A DNA stretch of 64,000 nt, taken from NCBI GenBank assembly GCA_951406725.2, contig OX597829.1:16492001-16556000 (forward strand), written 5' to 3'. Below are positions 26,938 to 39,201 of the stretch, one piece after another; the stretch's first letter is position 1, and every line of letters starts with the position of its first letter. The DNA is from Octopus vulgaris (lineage: Eukaryota). Position numbers and translations under genes: made by a program. Under the pieces are notes generated by a model, which was not told where the DNA came from, ran no database searches, and was given only the letters and a program-made list of their open reading frames with translations.

Positions 26938-27165
26938 GAGGCGGCGAGCTGGCAGAAACATTAGCACGCCGGATGAAATGCGTAGCCATATTTCGTCTGC
27001 CGTTACATTCTGAGTTCAAATTCCACTGAGGTCAACTTTGCCTTTTATCCTTTCGGGGTTGATAAATTAAGTACCAGTTACACACTGGGGTTGATATAAT
27101 CGACTTAATCTGTTTGTCCTTGTTTGTCCTCTCTATGTTTAGCCCCTTGTGGGTAGTAAAGAAAT
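26938..27165 (+). mobile_element. Full-length SINE family B
   Basis: GGCGGCGAGCTGGCAGAAA head, box B GAGTTCAAATTCC, Nin/Deu-like core and tail. Confidence 0.9.
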
Positions 27166-27556
27166 ATATATATATATATACATACAGGGTGTCCATAAAT
27201 TCCCTTTAGAATATAGAGTTTAAAACTATGGAAATTGTAAAAATGAATTATGGACAATATCTTTTATCTTTCACTTGTTGCAGTGATTAGACTCCAGCCA
27301 TGCTGGAGCACCACCTTACATTTAAAATCAAATGAATTGACCCCAATACAGCTTGGTATGTATTCTATTGGTTTCCTTTGTCAAACTGCTAAGTTACAGG
27401 AACGTAAACACACCAACAACAGTTGTCAAGTGGTGATGGGGGGAGGGTACAGAATCAGACACAGACACACACACATGCATATGCATATGTGTGTGTGTGT
27501 ATGCATACACACACACGCACACAAACACACACACACTCACACACATATATATATAT

Positions 27557-28224
27557 TAGCTCGCTTCTGCTCATAATATATATAATTTCAATCCAGAAGG
27601 TCACTGATTTTGCAACAAGCAAAAATGGTAGTTTTAAAACCTCTCTAAGAGATCAATGCAGTAGTTGCACTAAGAAGTAATGTTCAGAGCCACTTCAACC
27701 TGGCCATCCATTTGAATGGACTTCACTGTGATTTTTTAACCCCTCTAGCTGGTTAACGATGCACAGCTGCATCTGAGATATTGTGACCAGGGGAGCAAAT
27801 CCCTACCTCCTTCTAGCGACAGGACCAGCAGACCAGTCTGGTTTTAGAACTAGCTTTTTTGCTTGTTGCAAAATCAGTGACTGTATGCCGCTTGAACTAT
27901 ACATATATTGCGACCAGAAGGGTGCTACTGCCATCTCTAGCAGATGAGGTGTCCAGTACTGAAGAGAAGCAGAAATAGCCCGAAACCAGACTGATCTACT
28001 GGTCCCATCGCTTGAAGGTGGTAGGGGTTCACTCCCCTGCTTGCAATATCTCAGATGCAGCTCTGCACCGTTAACCAGTTAGAGGAGTTGTCTTTTTGGG
28101 GTTAAAAAATTGCAATAAAGTCCGTTCAAATAGATGGCCATGTTGAAGTGGCTAAAAATATTACTTGTTAGCATGAATACTGTGTTGACCACTTACAGTA
28201 ATTATAGAATGTGCATTTTTGCTT
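27557..28224. mobile_element. Hammerhead-containing ~360-nt repeat (retrozyme/Penelope-like), inverted pair, locus 1
   Basis: Minus copy 27557-27845 and plus copy 27842-28224. The end of the plus copy repeats its start (period 360). Confidence 0.75.
27938..28014 (+). ncRNA. Type I hammerhead ribozyme
   Basis: CCAGUA-CUGAAGA-stem II-GAAA-CCAGACUG-AUC-UACUGG, with a 6-bp stem I plus distal pairing. Confidence 0.75.
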
Positions 28225-28764
28225 ATATATATATATATATAGAAATCGAAATCGAATTGAACCAGCCAGGATCCCTGGTCTGGTGGTACGTAAAAAACAC
28301 TATCCGACTCGTGGCCGATGCCAGCACCGCCTCGACTGGCTTCCGTGCCGGTGGCACATAAAATACACCAATCCAACCGTGGCTGTTGCCAGCCTCGCCT
28401 GGCACCTGTGCAGGTGGCACGTAAAAAGCACCCACTACACTCACGGAGTGGTTGGCGTTGGGAAGGGCATCCAGCTGTAGAAACATTGCCAGATAAGACT
28501 GGAGCCTGGTGCAGCCTTCTGGCTTCCCAGATCCCCGGTCGAACCGTCCAACCCATGCTAGCATGGAGAACGGACGTTAAACGATGATGATGATAAGGGG
28601 CTTCTTTCAGTTTCCATCTACCAAATCAAAATTCCACTCACAAGGCTTTTGTTTGCCCAAGGCTAGTGTAGAAGATACTTGCCTAAGGTGGCACACAGTA
28701 GGACTGAATCCAGAACCATGTGGTTGGGAAGCAAGCCTCTTAACACACAGATATGCCCTCTATA

Positions 28765-28800
<36 letters not shown>

Positions 28801-29040
28801 GCCAGCAGTTGTCCTGTACCAAGGAAAGGAAATTACCCAGAAACCATTGGTCTACAGGTACCGTTACAGCTAGAAAGAAAGCAGTAGACTCCCTTGCTCA
28901 CAGAATATGGACTCAGATCATGTGTCGGTAGCCAGCTGGAAAAAAAGTTTTCCTGGGGCTAAAAAGTAATACCATCATCCTATGTGGAACTGCCACATTG
29001 CATTGGCAAATATATATTATATATATATATATATATATAT

Positions 29041-29340
29041 CACCGTGACCGACCAGGCTATCAGATGTTGCTACACATCGCTGGTCACAATGCGCTTCGC
29101 ATTGTTTTAGCCTTCAAATGACGCCACCCTGCTGGCCAAGCAAGCAGGCCAACAGAAGAAAGAGTGAGAGAAAGTTGTGGCAGAAGAGTACAGCAGGGAT
29201 TGCCACCACCCCCTGCTGGAGCCTCGTGGAGCTTTTTAGGTGTTTTCGCTCAATAAACACTCACAACACCCAGTCTAGAATTCGAAACCGCGATCCTACG
29301 ACTGTGAGTCCGCTGCCCTAACCACTGGACCATTGCACCT

Positions 29341-29344
<4 letters not shown>
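29041..29344 (-). mobile_element. tRNA-derived SINE family C2 (head shared with C1, different tail), in TA tract
   Basis: Box A TGGTCCAGTGG and box B GTTTCGAAT. Copies at 54660-54959(-) and a tail fragment at 36056-36162. Confidence 0.88.
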
Positions 29345-29391
<47 letters not shown>

Positions 29392-29393
29392 AA

Positions 29394-29444
<51 letters not shown>

Positions 29445-29816
29445 CCAAGTAAGTTAGGGGTTGTGGATCCAACCCACTAAAGGATAATACAGTTGGTATA
29501 ATACCCAAATTATTAATACACAAGTGTTTTTAATTGCAATGCAATAAACTTACTTATTGTATTAAATGGGTGAAGGTAAAGAAATATTTTACCATTAATT
29601 TATATTACAAATAAGAAAATGGAGAAACACATTTGGTTGGTTTATCAGCTTTAGGATATTAAAATGTTGACTTATTTATTTGATAAATAAATAAGACAAC
29701 ATTCTAATATCCTAAAGCTGATAAACCAACCAATGTGTTTCTCCATTTTCTTATTTGTATTATATATATATATTACATCTATATAGATTATATATATATT
29801 ATATATATATTATACA

Positions 29817-29910
<94 letters not shown>

Positions 29911-29914
<4 letters not shown>

Positions 29915-30718
29915 TATAATAAAAGGCAGATTTTCTCTGCCTGTTCCCATGTTTCTTTTTAATACAATTCTACAATATAGAATTTCTTCAATTGGAATTT
30001 ACCTATGATTTTTCCAGGTAGATTCGATTGGGTCATGGCATAAAAAGTTTTTTCAATTTGACCCCCAATTAAGCAAAAATTCGAGAAAACTCAATATTTT
30101 ACGATTTCCCCTCTCATTTCAAGTGGTTTACTCCTGCTATTACTTCTCCTACTTTCTCTTTGCAAGTGTGAAACTATCAAAGTGAAAGTATTATATAACA
30201 GGGATGAGCCATTAATACTGGTCATCCTTTTTGCTAGAGGAAGATCCACTATGGTCTTATATGCTACACCACTGGTTTTCAATTCATATTGATCAAATTA
30301 ATATTCAATTTTTCACCCTTATTATGTGTGTGTATTAGCAATTCATATAAAATTGCATCAATGACTTGAACTTGAATAAGTGGTTTCACATAAATGGGGA
30401 TAAATTAAAAAGGTTTGTTGTTATTATTATTACTGTTTGACTATTGTAATCATGTTTGTTGTTAAATAATTGTAAACCATAACCCTCCCCCTTTCGGAGA
30501 AGGGGCTTTGGTTATTGTTTAAAAATTGAATTGTGTCCCTGTTTGGGAAAACTGACAATATTTTCACCGTCTTTACGGAAACATTTTTGTTAAAATGCCT
30601 TCGATAGAAGAAAGTCCAAAAATGAATTTCGCTGCAGCCGTATACTTCTATACAAGAGGGAGGACAAGATCCAATTGATCGAAATTGCAAGAGACGGGCC
30701 TACAATTCCAGTCTGGTA
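29911..30718 (+). mobile_element. Non-autonomous Helitron-like element
   Basis: A/TCTTATAATAAAA 5' start and ACGGGCCTACAATTCCAGTCTGGT 3'-like end. Confidence 0.45.
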
Positions 30719-30939
30719 TATATTTTGAGTATTGTTATCACTAGCGATATCAAGATATAACTTTGTATTTTGTATTTTATGTGTAGATGTATATATATAG
30801 ATGTACATGTAATATGTACACATATATATATACACATATATACATGCATAATATATCTACCCATACACACATACACACACACACACACACACACATACAT
30901 AGGGGCAGGTGTGGCTGTGTGGTAACAAACTACGTTCAA

Positions 30940-31585
30940 AGATACTGTACTTGATATGGGCAGTAGTGCCTTGCCGGTCTATGGCCTACCTTCAACAAAC
31001 CGGGAAGGCAGAAACACTCTGTCTTCACATTTGCTGCGTGAGACATATTTTAATGTTGACGAGCTTGCCGAGTACATAGCCGACAATGAGCCAAAGCTCC
31101 TTCCAGAACAGAAGTTCGCTTACAACTCCGTTGTTAATTCAGTCCGGGCCAAAGCTGGGGGAATTTTTTTCCTGGATGCTCCTGGGGGCACTGGGAAAAC
31201 TTTTGTCAACAAATTAATATTGGCTGAGATTAGGCGAACACAAGGCATTGCCCCAGCTGTGACATCATCTGGAATTGCGGCTACTTTGTTGCCAGGCGGC
31301 AGGACAGCTCAATCCACTTTCAAGCTCCCGCTTGACTTAGCGAAGACTGAGATACCAACTTGCAACATCAGTAACAGCTCCGATCAGGCAGAAGTCTTCA
31401 GACGATGCAAGCTTATCGTTTGGGATGAATGCACGATGGCCCACAGAGGTGCTCTTGAGGCACTAGATAGATCTCTCAGAGACATCAAACACTCTTCAGC
31501 TCCCATGGGAGGCATACCACTTCTTCTTTCAGGGGACTTCCGACAAACACTTCCCGTTATTCCCAAAGGGACTAGAGCTGATGCA
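30940..31585 (+). pseudogene. Helitron PIF1-like SF1 helicase fragment
   Basis: FFLDAPGGTGKTF (motif I), SSGIAATLLPGGRTAQSTFKLP, IVWDECTM (motif II) and SGDFRQTLPV (motif III), then truncated. Confidence 0.93.
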
Positions 31586-31674
31586 TTAAGTGCAGAAATA
31601 GGCCTGGGTATAGATATATATATATATATACACACACACACATATATATGTGTGTGTATGTATATACATATATA

Positions 31675-32507
31675 CAGGGTGCGTTATGTAAATTGTCACC
31701 GTTTTATAGTTTTAATTTCATGTGTGTGCACTGATTGTTTTGATTTTGTCAACTACACAGTAGTCTTCCAAGAGTTTGGAAATGACATGCTGTACTGCTT
31801 GGTTTTCACACCAGAAGCTCCAATACAAACAGATGGTGAACGCACAGAACAACTGTTGGCTTGCTGTGTCCCCAAAACATGTACCGAGAGTGATAAAAAT
31901 CAAACATCCAGTCAACATCATGCTATTTGGAGTGATCACTAGTGGTGGTGACGTTATGCTACCATTCACCTTCCCACACACCCTCAGACTCAATACAGAG
32001 GCCTACATCAAGTGCCTGGAGGAGGTAGTGCTGCCCTGGGTTAAGAAGGTGGCTGCTGGAAGATCCTGTATCTGGCAACGAGACTCTGCACCATGCCACA
32101 CAAACAGACAAAGCCAGTCATGTCTATCAGACAATTTTTGTGATCACATCACCCCTAACATCAGGCCATCTAACTCCCCAGACTGCAACCACCTTGATTG
32201 TTATGTGTAGGGTGCAGTTGAGTGAGAGACTAACAAAATTCCTTGTAACACCAAAGATGAACTGAAGGCAAGGATTATGGCAGCATTCACCATCTTAAAC
32301 AAGAAGACCATTCAGAAGAGTTGCAAGAGATTCTGAAGTTGTCTGGAGGCCATGGTTGAAGCCAATGGCGATTTTATTGAATAAATTTACTCTTCAGTAT
32401 TTCAAGATATTTTCATGTAATTTTGGTAAATATATCTATTAAAATGATATATCAGTGTTATTTTGATTTTTGCGTAAATTTGACAACAATATATTCACGG
32501 CATCCTG
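31675..32507 (+). mobile_element. maT (DD37D) internal-deletion derivative
   Basis: TA-CAGGGTGC...GCATCCTG-TA ends. WQRDSAPCH to DCNHLD gives 37 residues between the catalytic Asp residues. Confidence 0.88.
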
Positions 32508-32509
32508 TA

Positions 32510-32550
<41 letters not shown>

Positions 32551-32578
32551 GTGTGTATGTATTTATGTATGTACATCT

Positions 32579-32644
<66 letters not shown>

Positions 32645-32689
32645 TACCTATAATATGTCTTGCAACCCCCATGGCTTTTTTTGCTGTAT

Positions 32690-32908
32690 ATCTCTCTATA
32701 TATAAATCAATAGAAGTGACTTTTTTGTGAATTTTCTATCCAAAACCCAATCAAAGTGCCCGAAACCTGATACGCCAATTGAATGCCAGCTAGCTGTATG
32801 TGATTGGTCAGAGATTTGGAGAGTACTCGCATGTTTGTGCGCATGCACGCAGCTGTATATGCATGCACTAGCACTATGACCCGGCGTTACCAGGTCATAG
32901 TGCTAGTG
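32690..32908 (+). mobile_element. Short Helitron/Helentron-type element with terminal hairpin
   Basis: TCTCTCTATATATAAA start and ACTAGCACTATGACC..GGTCATAGTGCTAGT palindrome ending CTAG-T. Confidence 0.55.
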
Positions 32909-33423
32909 TATTGTTATTATAATTTTTTGCTGTCTTCGCCTGGCCCCAAGACAATATTCTGTTTGTTTATTTTGCTTTTTGTCCCTCATCCATCCACTAA
33001 CAGTCTCATCTTGAATTACTTTTATCCATTTTTGTATATCCGTTTCTGAAATACTTGTTCATCCATTTATTGTATATCCATCTCTTTTCGTTATGTTTTG
33101 ATCCAATTCCGACAAGAAACTTGCCGGTGCCTCCACAGTAGAAACACTATTATCGATAATGGCATGAAATTGCATTTGACAGCCTGGCCGATAACTGATT
33201 AGATAATGGTGACCATCTGTGTTTGTTTTTCCGTCATCTCTGCATTTTCTATGTTTCTCAATTTGACCTTCAGCGTCTGTTTTCTGTTCATTTCACAAAT
33301 TTATTTCCTGTGTGTTATGTTTTTGTCAAATTTTCCTTTTGCTGAAAAAAAATGTAATTATGTGTGTATGCATACACACATATATATATATTTATATGTA
33401 TATGTATATGTATGAATATGTGT

Positions 33424-33483
<60 letters not shown>

Positions 33484-33677
33484 TATTAGGGTAATAAGAA
33501 TTATAGAAATTATTATTACCAGTGGCCTAGCACAACAAATAGCCAATAGACTAAACATTTTTAATTTTCAATCCTTTCGAGAATTTATCCATAATTAGTG
33601 GTTTGAGTTTTCTACTGCTCTTTCTAGCACAATGCTTTCCTATTTGGAAGCCTCTTAATGTGTTCTAATGTACATGA

Positions 33678-33730
<53 letters not shown>

Positions 33731-33870
33731 ATGTATTCGAACCCACAAGAGTAAACAAGAGAGACAGAGACAGGCAGAAACAAGGAAAATGCCACTTGTA
33801 TTTGAAAACTATATAAATATTCTTTTAAAAAAACTTTTCTTTTAATTTTTCAAAATTTATTTGTTTAATT

Positions 33871-33914
33871 GTTACAGTTGAAAAAGTCTCAATGACTGAA
33901 ACCGGTACCGAAAT
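33871..33914 (+). ncRNA. Minimal hammerhead-like motif, U3-A8 variant
   Basis: UUGAAAA-AGUC-UCAAU-GACU-GAAA-CCG-GUA with an ACCGGU palindrome. Stem I is imperfect. Confidence 0.5.
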
Positions 33915-34134
33915 GTTTTTATAAAATTATTTTTGCATTTTCTATCTTGACCTTTTTTTTTCAATATATATGAAAGTATGCATCTGTATATATGTATATG
34001 TGTATACATACATACACACGACCGCTGGTCAACCAGCCTTTCGGCTTCTAACCAGCGCTACGAGAACATTGTTGTCTTCGTCTGCAGATAAAGGCATTTT
34101 CTCCAAATACGCCAGCTAAACTTGTACTGTTTAT

Positions 34135-34448
34135 TAGTCATAAGACACCCGCTGTTTTTGTCCTGTTTTTACCATTATTGTTTTTTGTATTTTATATTCA
34201 TGTGTCATCGTCCGTTTTTCTGTCCCTGTTTCGTATACATTCGATCCTTCTTCTAAGAAATCTAATGCTCGTAGCTTAGTTTTTCCTTGGGGCTGGGCGG
34301 ATCGGAGCGATCTCAAGATTAATCAGCCGAAATTGCTAGGATGATCCGGTTCTTGACTGAAGATTGGAGGCTTCGAATGTCCTGTCCGTGTTTTTTGTAT
34401 CGTCTTCTAAATGTTTTACGTTCTTGTCCCAGTTTGTATTTTTCTACA
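34135..34448 (+). repeat. Unclassified dispersed repeat (possibly a Penelope-like terminal repeat)
   Basis: Second copy at ~62238-62605 on the opposite strand. Confidence 0.6.
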
Positions 34449-34597
34449 TATAATATATATATATATATATATAGATAGATAGATACATACATACATACAT
34501 ACATACATACATACATGCATACATACACATACATACATACATACATACATACATACATACATACATACATACATACATACATACATACATACATACA

Positions 34598-34629
<32 letters not shown>

Positions 34630-35382
34630 GATACTTACTCTCGTGCCTGCATACATATATATATGTCTGTGCCTACCATTTTGAGTGGTTTTTTTTTGTG
34701 TTTGTGTGTGTTTGTAACCTGTAGTACTTCATTTAATATTTATATTGCTGTATGTATATATTTTCTATGCTAATTGATGAGGTTTTTACATTGGTTCACT
34801 CATCAAAAAAACCAGCAAAACAAAAGAAAACAAAAGAAAACAAAAATAACGAGTACACCTAATGTACTTTCAGCTCACAACCGGAGGTAAAAGGGAAAGT
34901 GTCAGAGAGGAAGGGCAGTTATGGAGGTGGGGTGGGGGTGGGGGGTAAGGGCGGGGGGGGTGACTGAGTGTGTGTGTATGTGTGTGTGTGTGTGTGTGCG
35001 CGTGCGTGCATGTTTGGGTTGGGTTTAAATATTGAAAGGAAGTGTGTTAAATGGAGGTATTCTATCCCCCACCCAACCCACTCACTTCCAAACCCTATCA
35101 TTCGGTGGGGGGGGGGGAGGGTTTGGCCTCAGGCACAGTGATATAAATACTTATAGGAAGCAGTGATGGGGGCAACTGTATGTTTAGGCACTTGCATAAA
35201 CCATTTGGTAAGGAACGGGGTGGGGTGGGGGGGAGAACTGGAGGAAAGGAAAGGGTACAATAAATGAGCCGATTCTACACAGATGCTTAACTTAAAATGA
35301 AAAAGAAAATCTCACAATAGTAGTGGTGGTGGTGGTGGTAGTAGTATTAGTAGTATTAGTAGTGGTGGTAGTGGTAGTAGTG

Positions 35383-35424
<42 letters not shown>

Positions 35425-36160
35425 TGGTGGTGGTGGTGGTGGTGGTGGTGGTGGTGGTATGATGGTGGTGGTGGTGGTGTTAGTAGTAGTAGTAGTAGTA
35501 GTAGTTTGGCCCCTTGTTCGAGCAGACCAAGACAATTTGCATGATTGTAACCTTGTAGCCCTTTTCTTTACCAACTCCCCTGTGACCGCCCCAGGTCATG
35601 TGATTAAGATTTCAGTCTTTTTAAAGTAATTCGATTTTAAAATTTTCAATAAAATTCTATCTTAATTCACGTTGCAAAACATCAACTTAATAATAATGGC
35701 CAAGTCATTTTACCAAATTCTTCATTATCTTCCTAATTGGAACCAAGATGGTATATTTAAATGGCAATATGCCTACAAAAGTGCTGAAGCGATTGAAGTT
35801 AAAAACCTCCCATCAAAAGTTCATCTTCATTTATGATTCAAACACTTGATTAATATTTACTCTTTTACTCTCTTTTATTTGTTTTAGTCATTTGACTGCA
35901 GCCATACTGGAGCACCGCCTTTAGTCGAGCAAAATGACCCCAGGACTTATTCTTTGTAAGCCTAGTACTTATTCTATTGGTCTCTTTTTGCTGAACCACT
36001 AAGTTACAAGGACATAAACACACCAGCATTGGTTGTCAAGTGATGTTGGGGGGACGGTGACTGACCAGGCTATCAGATGTTGCTACACATCGCTGGTCAC
36101 AATGTGCTTCGCATTGTTTTAGCCTTCAAATGATGCCACCCAGCTGGCTAAGCGAGCAGG

Positions 36161-36203
<43 letters not shown>

Positions 36204-36341
36204 CGAGCTTCTTTCAGTTTCCGCCTACCAAATCCACTCACAAGGCTTTGGTCAGCCTGAGGCTATAGTAGAAGACACTTGCCAAAGGTGCTACACAGTG
36301 GGACTGAACCCAGAACCATGTGGTTGGTAAGCAAGCTATCG

Positions 36342-37425
36342 TTATCTTCAAAATAAATTGAAATAAAGACAGCGTAATTTCAAGAGAAATATGGTAACAA
36401 AAGGGTTAAAGTGATCTAAAATCGAAACCTTTCATCAAAATTTTTGGGTTAATTATATCAGCTTAATAAGGACAGGGTTATTTCACTAAATTCTTCGATA
36501 TCGTCAAAATTAATTGAAACAAAGTGTAATTTCAAGAGATATATGGTAACAAAAGGGTTAAAGTGATCTAAAATCGAAACCTTTCATCAAAATTTTTGGG
36601 TTAATTATATCAGCTTAATAAGGACAGGGTTATTTCACTAAATTCTTCGATATCGTCAAAATTAATTGAAACAAAGTGTAATTTCAAGAGATATATGGTA
36701 ACAAAAGGGTTAAAGTGATCTAAAATCGAAACCTTTCATCAAAATTTTTGGGTTAATTATATCAGCTTAATAAGGACAGGGTTATTTCACTAAATTCTTC
36801 GATATCGTCAAAATTAATTGAAACAAAGTGTAATTTCAAGAGATATATGGTAACAAAAGGGTTAAAGAGATCTAAAATCGAAACCTTTCATCAAAATTTT
36901 TGGGTTAATTATATCAGCTTAATAAGGACAGGGTTATTTCACTAAATTCTTCGATAACGTCAAAATTAATTGAAACAAAGTGTAATTTCAAGAGATATAT
37001 GGTAACAAAAGGGTTAAAGTGATCTAAAATCGAAACCTTTCATCAAAATTTTTGGGTTAATTATATCAGCTTAATAAGGACAGGGTTATTTCACTAAATT
37101 CTTCGATATCGTCAAAATTAATTGAAACAAAGTGTAATTTCAAGAGATATATGGTAACAAAAGGGTTAAAGTGATCTAAAATCGAAACCTTTCATCAAAA
37201 TTTTTGGGTTAATTATATCAGCTTAATAAGGACAGGGTTATTTCACTAAATTCTTCGTTATCTTCAAAATTAATTGAAACAAAGTGTAATTTCAAGAGAA
37301 ATATGGTAACAAAAGGGTTAAAGTGATCTAAAATTAAAACTTTCTATCAAAATTTTATGTTATATTCAAAAGACCATCTTAATAATAATGATATCATACT
37401 AAATTCTTCACTATATTCAAAAGCC
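36342..37425 (+). repeat. 152-bp tandem repeat, ~7 units
   Basis: AAAGTGTAAT recurs at 36521, 36673, 36825, 36977, 37129 and 37281. Degenerate units flank the array. Confidence 0.97.
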
Positions 37426-38366
37426 ATATCAAAATCAAAATTAAATTCGATGACTGGCGTCCGTGCTAGCAGGGTGCAAAGAGCATCATACGAGTGTGAT
37501 CATTGACAGAGCGGGTAACCGGCTTCTGTGCCAGTGGCATTTAAAGGGCACCATTCGAGTGTGATAGTTACCAGCATCGCCTTACTGGAACTTGAGCCCC
37601 GTTCTAGTAGGGTGCCAAGAGCACCATCCGAGCATGATCGTTGCCAGAGCAGCCAACTGGCTTCTGTGCCAGTGGCACGTAAAAGGGCACCATTCAAGAG
37701 AGATCATTTAAAAGGATTCGAGCAAGGTCGTTGCCAGTACTGCCTGACTGGCCCCCGTGCCGGCGGCACGTAAAAAGCACCCACTACACTCTCGGAGTGG
37801 TTGGCGTTAGGAAAGGCATCCAGCTGTAGAAACTCTGCCAGATCAAGATTGGAGCCTGGTGCGGCCGTCTGGTTCGCCAGCCCTCAGTCAAAATCGTCCA
37901 ACCCATGCTAGCATGGAAAGCAGACGTTAAACGATGATTATGATGATGATGATGAAGGGTGATGGATTTCAACAGAAAATTTGCTAACAAAAAAGTGTTA
38001 ACGAGATCTCAATTAAAACCATACTCCAAAATTTCATGATAATTTATGTTCTGAACAATGGATCAATAACAACAAAGTTGTTTTGCTAAATTCTTCATTA
38101 TCTTCGAAATTAAAAGAAACAAAGACACAGCATTTCAACAGAGAAAACAGTAACAAAACAAAGCAAAAACAAAAAAGAAGAAAAAATAGCGTGATCTAAA
38201 TCAATTTGAACAAAGATAGGATAGTTTGACCGAAATATTGTAACAAAGGATTCTAGCAGGTTCTTTGACTGATTGCATAGAAGCTTGTACAAGTTAAGGA
38301 TTTCTTACTACCCTTATTTTTTTTATTATTCTTTATTTTTATTCTTTATCATTATTATTATTATTA

Positions 38367-38494
<128 letters not shown>

Positions 38495-38768
38495 TTCTTT
38501 ATTTGAAGCCCCCATGCTGGTAATCTAAGAAAGGGGTCCGGATTGATAGAAGGCATACTCTTCCCATCGGTAAAAGGCAAAAGTTTTTTTTTTCCTTCTT
38601 TATTTGTTTTTTTTTCTTCCCCTTTTACAGGGAGGTGTGAGGTGTGAAGAAGGCAAGGTGGGTGAGTATAAATTTTTTATTCTCTTTTTATATTAAGTTA
38701 TTTTTCTTTATCTCGGTTTATATTTCATTTTATTTATTTGTTTTTCTTCTTCCCTTCCCTTTCCGTAG

Positions 38769-38990
38769 AGTCTCAGCTGACTTCTACCATCTCCTGCTCT
38801 CTCTCTTGCTCCCTCTCTCTATATGTGTGTGTGTGTGTATATATATGTGTGTGTGCATGTGTATATATATATATGTGTGTATAGTCTCAGCTGACTTCTA
38901 CCATCTCCTGCTCTCTCTCTTGCTCCCTCTCTCTATATGTGTGTGTGTGTGTGTATATATATGTGTGTGTGCATGTGTATATATATATGT
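38769..38990 (+). repeat. 114-bp direct duplication
   Basis: AGTCTCAGCTGACTTCTACCATCTCC at 38769 and 38883. Confidence 0.9.
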
Positions 38991-39025
38991 GTGTATATAT
39001 ATATATGTATATATATATATGTATA

Positions 39026-39077
<52 letters not shown>

Positions 39078-39150
39078 TATATGTATGTATATATATATAT
39101 ATATGTATATATGATGTATATATGTATGTGTATATATATATATATATATA

Positions 39151-39201
<51 letters not shown>

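Noticed and set aside
30956-31942. 328-aa intact helicase gene
   Set aside because: Only ~210 aa are PIF1-like. The rest reads through a microsatellite into a maT element.
33120-33345. Minus-strand exon after TTTTTTTCAG
   Set aside because: Stops occur in all frames soon after the acceptor, only a GC-type donor is available, and the peptide is unrecognisable.
34240-34385. Hammerhead motifs in the unclassified repeat (also 62300-62440)
   Set aside because: CTGAAGA is followed by CGAAT rather than GAAA, and the other candidate core is degenerate in both copies.
36342-37425. CRISPR-like regular array
   Set aside because: Whole units are repeated with no unique spacers, there are no cas genes, and the context is eukaryotic.
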